A stretch of DNA of 64,000 nucleotides from Blasia pusilla (taxonomy: Eukaryota). The notes under the pieces were generated by a model. The model did not search any database and was not told the origin of the DNA. It saw only the letters and a list, made by a program, of their open reading frames with translations. The stretch is taken from positions 28,954,001-29,018,000 of the forward strand of contig CM114271.1 of the NCBI GenBank assembly GCA_050084515.1, in the 5' to 3' direction. The position numbers were made by a program, and so were the translations under genes. Below, piece after piece: positions 1 through 12,959 of the stretch (position 1 is the first letter of the stretch; each line of letters opens with the position of its first letter).

Positions 1-499
1 AATAATAGATAATCATAATCAAAATCATAATATACAAGAGTATTCGTTGAATAAAAAGATATATTCTTCAAGATTACAAAATTGTGGGTATCACAAGATC
101 AACGTGTCACTCGACAACTCAATGCGGATCCCTAGACCCTTCAGCGTACCCAAATTGTGCATTCTAAATGAAAAAAAACTCTTACAACTCCTAAGGAACT
201 TGTGTATCCGGCGCGGATGTCGGTGGTTGCTCTGGTGCAACCCCGTCTCAGAAAATAGAACTCTCATCTCCACGTGCAGTACCCGGAACCACGCTCGATG
301 TTGTGGCTATCCTCTCCTGGCGTACCTGCAAAACATCCCAAGAAGTCCAAGGGTGTCTCTCCCGATCACCCTTGGTGTGTTGATCTCCTCAGATCTTGCC
401 CCCAACCACTGCCTCAACCATCTCGGTAGGCATGGGGCTCACCAACGCAATATTTGTGATCTGTCGCATCCTCAAACGACGTTGCTCAGCTACTCCTAA

Positions 500-1920
500 G
501 GTAAAAATCCATGTCAAGGAGTTCAAGTCTATCTCCTGACCCAAGACATGACGTCGTGATGCCTTTGATAGTGATGGTACTATCGTCACTCCTGTGGGAA
601 ATCCCACTGCTTGCTCTCGCTCATTGGCGTTGGGCTCCACCAACATCTGTACTTGGTCATCCCAAACCAAGCCAGGTCCGGCCTCCTTGAATGCATAGGA
701 AGCAGGAAAACTCACCAATGTGAGAAAGGTTGCCCGTGGCCTGCCAATCCTGTTGACCACAGTCAATGGCGATCGATCATCTAGCCTCATTGCCTATGAT
801 CGACGGCCCGGATCCAATATAGAATCCACCAACAAATCGGAGGGGCGCTCCACTCTCACATATGCCCTCCGCAACACCTCATATGGTACCAAGTTGGTCC
901 ACCAAAGTGTGAGAAAACAGAAAGTGAGGAAATCACTAAAATCTTTACAAAACTTAGAGATACAAAGTGGCCTAGTCCGTCTGTGCGCTCATAGAAGAGC
1001 TTCGATGGAACCTGAACATAGAGATAACCCGATATACGAGAATGCACTACCGCTGCGGCTCCCGACTATTTCACTACTCGGGAAACTAGGGTTTTTATCT
1101 ATTTTTCTTTGTTTCTATTAATAGAAAAATTTTGCCAGGGGCTGCGCCCCCGAACCCTTGCCCTGCACCTTATATTGCATCAGGATGCCCCGCACCTTGA
1201 TGCAACATAGGGTAAGATAATCCTAGTAACGCTACTCCGTAGACCACCTATGTCATATTACTATGACTCCTTCGACGTCTAAGTCGGAACCATCAATCTA
1301 GGCTTCTCCTCATACAAAGGGGGTTGATCTGATTAATGGTGCTCAGAGAAGTGGATGTTGAGAATCCAACACAAAGACACGGGCGATGTGCTCGTGAACC
1401 CACATTCGCCGCATCCAACAAAACTATTGTGCCAATCCATGCGCGCATTTGATGTGCACTTGTCACCACATGGGACCTCGAATTGTCCAAAATCGGTACA
1501 TTCTCCAGAATGTATGCTCGAGGACGAGATTGTTTCTCCTGCAAGTGTCACAAGATTCGCATCATCTCCCAAAACAACCTGGACCGAGAGTTAACTAATC
1601 CGCTACCTTGTCCGACACTCGACTAGCCCTGACATAGCCAACCAGCAATTACCAAGTCTATGGTCCCTACCCACTCCAAGTCCTACGCCCCCAACAATGA
1701 AATGTCCCTCGGTAGGGAACTCTGATAACCCTGAATGGCGGACGCAGACAACAAGTCGGGAAAACGGAGGCGTAATTGCGCCACATGGTGAAGTGAAGCG
1801 CGCCTCACAACATCATCAATCTCCACATATAGCTACTGCTACATGGGCACTCCAAAGTGCAAAATAGCAGCTAACCCAGTGTTGATCCCTCCAAAGAGAT
1901 CCAACACCCGAATACCCTTC
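500..1920 (-). pseudogene. C5 cytosine methyltransferase (DNMT3-like) domain of copy 1, split by a solo LTR
   Basis: Minus-strand motifs IRVLDLFGGI (~1885-1915), LVIAGWLCQG (~1627-1657), YILENVP, SRAHRP and EREQAVGFP; contains stops and the 908-1371 insertion. Confidence 0.85.
908..1371. mobile_element. Solo LTR (464 bp), unrelated family
   Basis: TG...CA termini with a perfect 5-bp TSD CAAAG (903-907 and 1372-1376). Removing it restores the continuous motif VIII coding sequence of the methyltransferase. Confidence 0.9.
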
Positions 1921-2319
1921 TCTCGGATGCACCACCCAATCGGGGTGGTGTCCAAAGGGGTCATAGCAGCACTCCTGCCTACTTGGGGTTCCTATGACCT
2001 GTCACACTCTGGTGCAAACGTCTCGCTCCATGCGGTCTGCACATGCTCAATGGCTAAGCGTCGGAGCTCCTCCTTCGAGCCCTAAAGTGGCATGTCTCCT
2101 CCACTGACTGATGCGGCTACCATGACATTCCTCTGCATAGAAATGTCAAGAACGGGAATATCTTCTGCATAGACATATCCCTCAATCAAATCACTAGGCC
2201 AAGTGATGGCATTGCTAAATGCTGCTAAGGTCGCCATCTCTCATGGCCGTCGCTCGATCATTACACATGTGAATCAAACGGGTAATGAGCTAAGGCGCCC
2301 ATCACCTGACTGCCAACGT

Positions 2320-3334
2320 GAGATGTTTTTAGGACCGCTGAGAATATTGAGCGCAAGATGGTGGAGGAGAGCGTAGCCACCATGGGTTCTGGCGAGAGCG
2401 CCACGATTATCGCACCACTGTGCAAAGAACGTGACTTTGAGATAGGTCGACTGTAGCACCACGAGCTCAGGGAGGAGACTGGGAGGCCATTCCAAAGAGA
2501 CCTGCACCTTCATATGCGGCTCAACAGCTGCCGCCTATGATTACTTGTTGGCCATATGGTGGAGCCCATCATCAGCGCGATTGCATTCGTTAGGGTCATG
2601 GACATGTGCCTCAGCATGGCGGAGGAGATGGTGTTGTACTAGGAGGTTATCAATGTGACTATTGTCAGAGGTATGGTCACACACACGCCAAGTGTTTCAG
2701 TTTACACCCTGAGTTACGTCCGGACTGAGGGCTAGAGAGGGCACTAGAGCGAATGGCCGGTCTGGGTGGGCTAGAGATCGTGCACCAGGTGGTCCCGTTG
2801 GGGGACGAGGACCTAGAATTGCCTGACAGGGTGGTGGAGCTGCCAATGGAGGAGGTAGGGTCCCACCACCTAGATGCGTCGAGGGAGATACCGGGCGTGG
2901 GGCTGGGATGGCTACTCAGATACAACAGCTATAGAGTAGATTTCCGCTATGGCATTGAGGTTACCCGATGCCGGATCCGTGGCATCGACATCATATGGAT
3001 TAGCGAGAGATATGGAGGATCCAGGTTGGATGTGCAGGGTTGCCCAAATGGAGGCCGCCTCAGTTGTGATGCGTGGAGCAGCCGAAGAGTTGGATCCACA
3101 GTGAGGGAAAGCCAGGAAAAAGACCAGGCTTCTTCAGTCTTTCACGTTGTCCGAGGCAATGAGGACTCCATTGATGGGTCTTGATCACAGTTCCTAGAGA
3201 GTTGATGATGTTGTTGGTGTGCAGGCACGGAGGGCAATGGGAGAAGCGAGTGCGATGACTCATATTGTTGATGCTCAAGGGGGCAAACCCGATGGGGTTT
3301 GCCTTGGATTACTGGGAGGAGTTAGCGTCCTACA
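2320..3334 (+). other. Inverted internal segment of copy 1 (gag C-terminus with zinc knuckles; protease core deleted)
   Basis: Matches ~45935-46907 then ~47550-47597 on the + strand, whereas both flanks match the element on the - strand. Confidence 0.85.
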
Positions 3335-4644
3335 TAGGGGAGGTGTTCATAAGAAGCACCCTTCCCGCACCCGTGTCCGCAGGGTCCGGTCCAGCATCAC
3401 ATACCATGACTGAATAGCCTAAGCCTCTCTCATCCCCTTAGTGACGTTGATCAACCGGCGCAAGTGAGTGTAAGCCTCACGCAAACTCACCCAGGCGCCT
3501 GTGGAAGTCGTGGATGCTCCACAACTTCTCCGTCCGTACCCCCAGGTAGCTCGCCCTCAACTCAGCGAAGAACTCAACGACGGGGTTGAACCTGGGACGA
3601 ACCCGACTAGATGGTGCAACTGCTCCAATGCGAGTGACTTATCCTAAACCATCACTAGTGGAAGAGGAAGTAGCCTCTCTTGACTCCTCCTCCTTATCTG
3701 GGAACGGCTCCGTCCATGACACATAGTGTGGGTCATAGTATAGTCGCCATGCCTCAATCTCCTAGACATATGTGTGGGAGAGCTCATGGTAATCGTCCAT
3801 GGGCGCCCCCTCTAATTGCTGGAACATACCATTCCATGATATAAACAGGTTGAACTCTCTAGAGTTCCTAGTCCGCTGTGAGTCACACCAACTCCTAAAC
3901 TCCACAATGACTCTATAGTGCCTACAACACCCGAAAACCTACGGGATCCTCGACCCCAGTAGTCCATCTCATACGCCCAACTGGTAGGACCACTCAATGT
4001 GTACGGTGGATCACTAACACACTCCTCTACATGCTCCCCCTTGTCTGAAGACAACACCGAAGGAAATCGAGGTGGTCTCTCACGTGGAGACCCTCGAAAC
4101 CTCGCACCACTCCGGGTAAACCCTCCAGAGCTACTCTCACGTCCACTACCTCGCCTCTCAAAATTCGGAAAGGACGTCGTGATGGCCCTCGTGCCCCTCG
4201 TGACCCTCTCACACTATCACTCCCAATTTTGCGAGTAATCCCTCAATCACTCAAACTAAACATGTGGCACTCAATCTACACTCTCTCCCTGAGACGTGTG
4301 TTGTGGGACAACAAGCAACGTGGTGCGGCAAATCAACTGATCTATCGTCTCATCGACAAACCATCCTCACGAAGGCGCTCTACTAGATCTCACCGATTGA
4401 ACCTAAAAGACGTGACAAGGACAACACGTTCCTCTTTTCCATGCTATGTAGGTCTTGTACTCTACGGGAAGTTTAAATGGACGCTTACGAAGGAATTTTG
4501 TTCTGGTAGAATCGATGCTTGAGCTATCAGAATTTGCATTTGGAAGTTGGAATTTTCCTGGTCAAGATTCCCAATCTTGACCAAACACTTGGTTGGTCCC
4601 AAATTTTTCCATGAGCGCAGAACTAGAAGAAGACGTAGCAGCTG

Positions 4645-4820
4645 TTAATAACCCGAATATTGAAGTAATACAAAACTGATGTAATCAGAAAATTGAGGTA
4701 ATACGACGTATGTAGTACCCTAAATTCTGAGGTAATCCAAACAATGAGGTAATCCGAAGATGTAAAGAATGAGAAAACAAGGAGAGGTAATCCGAACATG
4801 GACAAGTAATCCGAACAATT
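4645..4820. repeat. Degenerate ~17-bp tandem repeat (consensus GAGGTAATCCGAANANT)
   Basis: About 9 imperfect units, e.g. 4695 gaggtaatacgacgtat, 4729 gaggtaatccaaacaat, 4746 gaggtaatccgaagat. Confidence 0.65.
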
Positions 4821-5636
4821 CATCTGATGTGAAGAAGGAGGAGACGACATAAAAAATGCAGCTAGCCAATTACACGCGGCTAAACAAGCCTCTGCCACCC
4901 TACGCTCCACCTCCAATGGCAGTTGAACGACCAATTAGAATTTGATACGCACGCTAGAACCGCTTCACCTCCACCTCACCAAGCTCGGATATTTAGAGAT
5001 TGGCTAAAAGGCAGGAGACACCTCGATTACACGAAGAAAAACACACTAAAACCGGTTCACTTGACACCCCGTTTCAACGGCAAAAGACGAGGAAACGCTA
5101 GAAAATGGCCAAAATAGGGCAAATGGACCTCGACGTTGCCTATAAAAAGTATGCAAATGCCAAAACAGTCCCGCTTAAAAAAGGAAAAATTAGGCGGGAC
5201 CGCCAAAAATGAGGCATTTCATATTCAAATGGGCCATCATGGGCACGGTTGGCATAACTATGTCATAAAAGGCTATGGCATCGTCTGCCCCCCATCCCCA
5301 TTCCATCGTTAGATGCTTGCATCATGGCAAATGCCTACCGGCGGTATTGCATGTAGGGCCATGACACCATGTCCATGCCTCATTGCGATTGATGGCCGAG
5401 AATGATAAGACGCGACGTGGATGGTGGACAATACTGAGCAATTTAAATGTAGGAAAGTGCAATTAGTGAGGAAAAGTTGTGCAGTTTGCTCTCTACAAGC
5501 CAATTTCGACTAGTTCTTTTATACAATTGATCGATTTTGGGAAATTTCAGGTAGATTTCTGTGTAGGAGTGATCTATCCTTCAATTGGAGCAATGGAGAG
5601 ACTGAAATTATGTTTTTGTGAGTGAAATCGTTCGTC

Positions 5637-8600
5637 ATGGAGTATTCCTCAGCAACTATCACATGTGAGAAGCTAGATAAGCAGAATTACAATGTCTGGA
5701 AGTGTCGCATGAAATAATTTCTCATGGGTCAAGAACAATGAGAGCTTGTCAGAGGTGATGAGGCCAAGCCACAAGGTGAATCAATATACTTGAATGTTCG
5801 CGCTTAGAACAAACGTGCAAGGCAAGTAATCCACTACATTTCAATAACTATCAGTTCGCCAATGATAGGTCACATTCAAGATGTTGATATTCTAAAGGAG
5901 GCCTGAGATACATTGGAAAAGCTCTTCCAGACATCTACAAAGGCAGAAAGCTTCAATTGAAACATCAATTGACTGAAGTAAGAAAGGGATTGTAGAGCAT
6001 CAGACATATTGTTGATCAGTTGAATAGCATTGGAGTGACAGTAGAAGATGATGATCTAATTTTTTTCACTCTTCAAGGCCTTCCAAATGATTACAAATCC
6101 TTTGAGACCTCTATCTGTGTGAGAGAGAAGTATCCAACCTTTCAAGAGTTAGTCCCATTGTTGATCAGTGAAGAGATGTACCTAGTAGGCAATGGTAGCT
6201 CGTCTAGTCTACAAGAGAGTGCGCTATTTGTAGGTTATGGATCAAACAAATGCAAGGGTCGTGGTAGAAGCTTCTGTGGTCGTAGTGGATATCAAACATA
6301 TGGAGGAAGAGGCATTCAATATAATGTCACTCAATCAACTACGAATCAGTTCCAGATACAATCACAAGGTGGTGATGGTGGAAACCGTTGGGGTCGAGAT
6401 CAGCAGTAGAGGGTCTTTGGATCTTGCAATTGCTGTGGAATAAAGGGTCACTATGCAAAGTTTTGCTCCAAGAAGAAGGCAGATATGAGAACATGAGCCT
6501 TACAGTAACAAAACTATGTGGAGCAACAACATGAAGGGCAGTACCAAGAATAAAAACATTCACAAACTAAGCATCTCTTGGTCATGACTCATCATATGTG
6601 AGCAATGGTCAAGAAAGACTCGACAATAAATTGGTATATTGATTCTGGTGCATCAAATCCCATGACCTCGTAAGCTAAATGGTTCAGTGGTATGGAGGCG
6701 GTGAAAGATCTTGCAATTGTGCTCACAAGAGATGACATTCGGCATCATATCACGCATACCGGTAAAGTTCCAATAGCATCATATGGTCTTTGTGCTCTTG
6801 GAAATGTTCTCTATGTTCCTACCATTGCAAGAAACTTAATCTCTGTAGGACAGTTAATAGAACATGGTTATCAAGTGAAGTTTAACACAGATGGTTGTAT
6901 CATTGACACAATGGATGACCAGACTACGATAGCCAAAGGAACTAGATCTGGTAGAATGTTCAAATTAGATGTTTCTATGTCAAAGATTCAAACATCAATA
7001 TATGGTCAAATTGACCAACAAGTCACAGATCTAAATATGTGGCATAAGAGAATTGGACATATGAATCATCAAAGATTATAGAATCTTTCATCATCTAATA
7101 TAGTAATAGGACTTCCTAAATTAGCGAGTCTTGCTACGTTAGAGGTATGTCATGCTTGCCAATTTGGAAAACAAACTAGATTTCCTTTTCCAAAGCAAGG
7201 TAGAAGAGCATCCAAGATATTGGAGTTGATCCACATTGATGTGTGGACAACATCACAATATAGCCTTAGTGATTTTCAGTACTTTATTTCATTTATTAAT
7301 GATTTCTCTAGGTATATATGGGTAGTTTTTTGAAAGTCAAGTCAAGGGTATTCTCAATGTTCCAAACATTCAAAGTTCTAGTAGAGAAGCAGATTGGAGA
7401 ACACATTGTGAAATTGGCTTATGATGGAGGAGGAGAGTATCATTCAACAGAGTTTGATGACTATTTACGTCAGAATGGCATCCAACATCAAGTGACTTGC
7501 CGTTACATGCCACAACAAAATGGAGTGGCTGAGAGGAAGAATTGACATATTTCTGAGACGGTAGGAGCTATACAGAATGAGAAGAATATGCGTGAGGTGT
7601 ATTGGACAGAGGCTGTAGCGTGTGCAGTCTTCTTAATCAACCGAACTCCAACAGCATGAGTTCATGATAAAACTCCATTCGAAGTCTTCACAAGAAGTAA
7701 ACTTGATTTTTCCTTCTTGAAAGTATTTGGTTGTATTTGTTATGCTCATATTCCTTCTGAAAGACGTCAAAAATTAGACCCCAAATGTGAAAGATGTATA
7801 TTCATTGGGTACGGTGATGGAACTAAGGGGTATAAGTGCTACATTCCATCCTCTAGGCAACTTATTATTAGTTGCAATGTTGTCTTTGATGAACTAAAAT
7901 CATTGTATGTTCCATCTAAGCTTATTCTACCTCTAAACTTTTTTGTTGATGGGGAGAATATGACTGTAAACCAACAAACATTGCCTTCAAATTCCCCAAG
8001 TACTAATGTAGGATTAGGAGAGGTCTTAGATTTGTCAATTAAATCTATGAGTCCATGGACGGAAGAGTACGTATTCAATCTGTTGACACTAGTCAGATTT
8101 TGGGTCCAGTGTCAAAAGCATCTACTTCAGAATAACAACTTTGTAGATCAAGTAGAGTCACACATCCTGTTCATAAATTCATAAATGAAGGTTTCCTTGC
8201 GACACATCATGTAGATATGATGACTATCCTTCAAGAACATGAGCTGAGTTGTTTTGAAGAAGCTACAAGTAAAGTCGAATAGATTGAAGCTATGGAGGAA
8301 GAGCTTGCTGCATTAAGATATCAACAGACCTGGGAGCTGGTTGATATACTTTCCGATAAGGAAGCTATTCGTTGCAAATGGATTTACAAAATCAAACGCA
8401 ATCAAGATGGTACAGTTAATAGATACAAAGCAAGATTGGTGGTTAAGGGCTATGGACAACAATATGGCATTGATTAAGGAAACTTTTAGCCATGTTGCAA
8501 AGATGGCGGCTACGAGAAGAGTGGTTGCAGTTGCAGTTGTAGTTGCAGGAAGTAAGATGTGGAGATTACATCACATGGACATCAAGAATGCCTTCTTGAA

Positions 8601-9811
8601 TGGAGATCTATAGGAGGAGGTATATATGACTCAATCACATGGATACGAGCATCCCCAGTTTCCATTTCGCGTATGCAGGTTGAAGAAAGCTCTATATGTG
8701 CTCAAACAAGCTCCAAGAGCTTGGTATGGCAAGATTACATACGTCCTACAAGAGTTGGGTTTTAGGATATATGATTCTGACTCCTCGTTATATATCTTGA
8801 GAGAACAAGATCATACGATTATCATTGTGTTGTATGTTGACAATATCTTGATTACTCGGAGTATTCAAGAGATCGTCAAGATACAACACAATATGGTACA
8901 ACAAGTCAAGCTAAAATTATAAGCATAATTTGATATGAAGGACTTGTGAGAACTCAAGTACTTCCTTGGTATTGAGTTTATCAAGGTTATTACAATGAAA
9001 ATATGCTCTTCACATGCTTTCAAAATATGGTATGACGGCTTGTAAGCCAATCTCTACACCGTTGGACCAGAGTGTGAAGCTAAGAGTGGATGAAGAAGAG
9101 TTGCTTGCAGATTCTAATATGTACAGACGCATGGTTGGAAGTTTGATCTATTTGACTATAACCATGTCAAATTTGAGCTATGCAGTTGGCCTAGTGAGCC
9201 AATTTATGCAAGCACCTCGAAAACCTCACCTTGATGTTGTTAGGAGGATTATGCGGTATGTGAAATTCTCTGTTCAATTCGGGCTTCAATTTGAACCTTC
9301 TCAGAGTTTATAATTACAAGGATTCACAGATGCTGATTGGGCAGGAAGTGTGTCTAATCGACACTCCACATCTGGTTATTTGTTTACTTTAGGAAGTGTA
9401 GTTATAAGTTGGGCTTCAGAGGAGCAACCTATAGTTTCTTTTTCTTCAACAAAGGCTGAATATAGAGGAGCAACCAATGCAACATGTGAGGCGGTGTGGC
9501 TTCATTGATTACTTGTTGAGATTGGTATTAGTAACTTAGGACCTAGTGTAATATATGCAGAAAATATTAGTAGCATCAAGCTTGCTAATAACATTTAGTT
9601 TAATGCTCGTACAAAGCATGTTGAGATGCATTATCATTTTATCATAGAGAAAGTGCTTGCAGGAGAAATTGATCTTGTGTATATAGATATAGATAAGAAA
9701 ATTTCTGACATCTTTACAAAGACATTGTCTAGAGATAAGTTTGAAATGTTTAGAAATGATCTAGGCGTTAGAGATATCGATATGAGCTTGAGGGGGAATA
9801 TTGAAAATTGA
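5637..9811 (+). pseudogene. Ty1/Copia gag-pol (Gag, protease, integrase, RT, RNase H), degenerate
   Basis: KLDKQNYNVWK gag start; WYIDSGAS protease (~6630); WHKRIGH GAG-pre-integrase; PQQNGVAERKN; KVFGCICY; YKARLVVKG; MDIKNAFLNG; LYVDN; DADWAG; DIFTK. Copia domain order with many stops and frameshifts. Confidence 0.95.
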
Positions 9812-10081
9812 GTTACAATCAAGCTCATGAGACACCTGAACTGCTACATTTGGTACTCACACGGATTAGGGAAGCTTAATCTTGGTTAGTCAGTTAAGCT
9901 CGATTATCTTAACTATGGTTAGTTAATCATAATTAGTCTAACTCGAGACTATGGTTAAGATTAGGGTTAGGGTTTCTTGTACATACCCTATATAATTGAG
10001 AAGGGGACCAGCCTTCACTCATTCTCTCATTGCAAAATTTCGTTCTCCATGGTTGTATGTGAGTGTGAGAGCCATTTTCCA
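9799..10081 (+). repeat. Probable 3' LTR of the Copia element
   Basis: Follows the polypurine tract GAGGGGGAA (~9790-9798) and contains a TATA-like TATATAA. No matching 5' LTR was found, so the right boundary is uncertain. Confidence 0.45.
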
Positions 10082-11492
10082 CTAGTTATGTTTCTTTAGC
10101 AGTTTCCTATAGACTGGATATCATGTGCTTGCCGAAACCTATATTACGCAATCGGTGCATCTTGCAGCAATGTGGTGGTATCACGGGTTGGACACCCTAC
10201 CCCGTTGGCCCATTGAGGGGTCATGGAGGATCACTTGGCACACTTAATGTTGAGGCTGTGGTTTTTAACGCGAGGCATCCTTAATCCCCATAACTATACT
10301 TTTGTTTGTGCTTGCGGTCGTATGCTGCACAACCCCTTCTTTGCCCAACTCTTCACTCTTCACATATATGTGGCGTGCACGGTCCCCTTGACCAACCTTC
10401 CTTCCTAGCCAATTCCCAAGCTCACGTCAAGACCTCTCCATCACGCCTCCTCATGGTTGGCAACTCAACACTTAGCTTGGTTACTCTATGCGCTCCTATG
10501 CTCTCCATCATGGAGTTTATACATTGCCATATGCAATATCCATATATATAAATACCTCCTCTCGCGCCCATGCTAGCTCCGTTTGATTCCCGACCCTAAC
10601 TACTTCACAGCCTCCTACGGCACACAATTGCACCTCCATCCACCCCCACTCCCATCTATTTGCTTTAGCGATCATGGCTCGACCCCCTATGCCGCCTCGT
10701 CTCTCCGTTCATTTTGTTATTCTACGTGACTCTCAGTTGGCCTACATGACCTAACCCTAGTTAGACCACCCTAGGTTAGTCACCTTTACTTGATAGCCTC
10801 CATGGTGGCTACAAGATCTTAAATATATTCCTTTCTCTCTCTTTCCTCACATTCCTGGTCGCTTACCCTACCGATACTACATCCACACTACACCGAGCAT
10901 CACTCCTCAAAATTCTACCACTACCATACATTAGTCCGCATTGGCAAAACTTGAAGAAAATTGGCAATGCTTCCACATACGACCTTTGGCATGAAAATTT
11001 GACAAATAAACACACACAAGCGTCTCCAAGGGTCAACTACAATCTCGAATCTACACATGATATCAAACCTCATCCACCCTTCGCTATGAGCAAATCCGGA
11101 CTCTAGCATCCTAGTTTCTACCAAACACTATTCAAGTGCTCCAAAGGCTCAACATCAGAAAGATATCTTGTGAAAGCCCTCTCTTACATCCTTGGGAAGG
11201 CAAAAACTCTTCCCCCAAAAATAGGCTTCCAAACATTAACATGTGTGCACAAGTTACCTAGTGACTCTGGACTTGGTCAACAAGTCAATTGGCTGAAAAT
11301 GGCAAAAAAGGGAATTTCTCATAAATGACGCTCCCCACGTAACAGATTTGTCGTCAATCTCATCTGACACCTCTGGACCAAGTTACACCCAAATAACCCA
11401 TTGAACCTCTATGTCGTCAACACGATAGAACTCTACGTATCGGCTATTTAAGATCTGAAAATTGCCACTCACAATTCTTTGCATGATATCAT

Positions 11493-12522
11493 TGTTGTGA
11501 CCCTCATAACCAAACAAGTGCCAAGCGGAATATCCAAACTCTAGCGAGCTCACGCTAGGATGGTTTGCACTTTGGGAGTTAAGGAAACACAAGGGCGAGA
11601 CGCGAGTGAGGCGAGCGTTTCGAGTGCTTCGTGTGTTATGGTCATGAACAGGAAACCGGAACCAAACGCGGTACTCAGACTTGAGAGAACTCAAGTCTTG
11701 GACGAGATGCGGCCAAGGGGTGAAAACCGGACTTGAGACGCGGGCAACGTTTGGGAGTTTCCGATTGTACTTTTGACCATAACTTTGAGTCCCAAGAAGA
11801 GTTTGGGACAATTAAGATAGCGTTGGAAAGCTTATGTCAAGTCGGTTGCAACGCATGAAAGAACTTTGCAAACGCTTATGCGTAGGTTGAGATATAGGCC
11901 AAAACCAACTGTAAGAGGAGTCGGGTTGAGGGCCAAAAAGAGGGGCCCGAGTGGTCTTTCCCAAAGGTAGGGGGATCCCGGAGTTTCCCAGAAGTACTAG
12001 TAAGGGGGAACGTTTAGGGTACCCTAAACCCTAAACGTTAACCCAAGAGTGCTTGGGACTCGAACCCCACTTTGGGCGCAGCGGGGCGACCCAAGGGCAC
12101 GGAACGAATCGTGAGTTTGGTGTTGGGCTTCAAAACCCAAACCAAGTTCAATAGAGGGATTTCGGAGATCCCTATTGGATACCAACTTGCAACTCATATC
12201 ATTGAGTCTCGATTAAGGGTTCATGCGAGGTCCGTTGGACAGTTGGGACCGCTAGGCACGCAAACGCCGTTTCAGGTGCCTGGACTAACCAGAAAGTCTG
12301 TCCCAAGTCTCGGAAGGCTTGCCCGTGTATGGAACAGAAATGAGGGAAGTTTGAGCTTGATGAGATGCTGAGTTGAGAACTCAGTGGGTTGGAAGGCCGC
12401 TTGACTCAAAGCCAGACTAACGTGAGTGCGTTTGGGTGCAGGTTGGCGATGAGAGCGTGTCCTACTTAACGTACGCTTTCGCAACACTAAGATTGATGTT
12501 CAAGGAGAGTAGGCACAAGACA
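11493..12522 (+). mobile_element. Solo LTR (1030 bp) of the Gypsy family at 32024-35260
   Basis: TG...CA termini, perfect TSD ATCAT (11488-11492 and 12523-12527), similar to 17296-18327 and 32024-32976. Confidence 0.93.
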
Positions 12523-12599
12523 ATCATGGTATATATTACTTGTGAGAGCAACTTCCATGGGCAAATAGAGGTGGACTATTCCATGAGGAATTCCCTTAT

Positions 12600-12920
12600 T
12601 TGTATTGGTCTTTATGTAAGGTGGGAGGTTGAGGTGATGATTTCCAATATCATAGTTATAGATCTTACACAAGAATCAATTTGAGGACACTTGATAGAGC
12701 AAGGAAGATAACTATAAGGAGTAGCGACAATGATAGTGAAGAAGATCCAACTTTATAGTCATCTTCACAAAGGTCATGAATTCGTCCCACTGGCCATAAA
12801 GATGTATGGGGCTATGGCGGAAAGGTTTAACTCATCCCTCACAAAGTATGCTCATCATATCCACTCAAGAAATATGTTATTTTTAACTACTGCCCTTATT
12901 TATTATAGACAACATGTGTC
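12600..12920 (+). pseudogene. Possible relic of a restriction-like endonuclease C-terminus from a non-LTR retrotransposon
   Basis: KKIQLY...EFVPLAIKMYG resembles the K..KY...F.P.A.E..G end of RLE domains, preceded by IVIDLT. Short and degenerate. Confidence 0.35.
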
Positions 12921-12959
12921 GTGCCCCTACTCCTCTTGAACGTTTATCGAATGTATTGC

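Larger units (their letters stand above)
84..4417 (-). mobile_element. DNMT-carrying Gypsy-type retrotransposon, copy 1 (3'-truncated at the start of RT, internally deleted and inverted)
   Basis: The reverse complement aligns by eye to 42996-49460. The 5' terminus TGTCACGTCTTTTAGG is on the minus strand ending at 4417 (same start as 56664). ORF fragments 389-790 (EREQAVGFP...RRHVLGQ), 1293-1544 (YILENVP...SRAHRP) and 3812-4057 (gag N-terminus). Confidence 0.9.

Noticed and set aside
4418-4430. 13-bp match between the 5' junction of copy 1 and 56579-56591 upstream of copy 3
   Set aside because: Similarity does not extend and the distances to the element ends differ; probably chance.
4645-4820. 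CRISPR-like array
   Set aside because: Units are degenerate and mostly contiguous with no unique spacers, the context is eukaryotic, and there are no cas genes.
12021-12036. Telomere-like CCCTAAA repeats (also TTAGGG-like near 9961)
   Set aside because: Only about two units inside LTRs; too short to call interstitial telomere.
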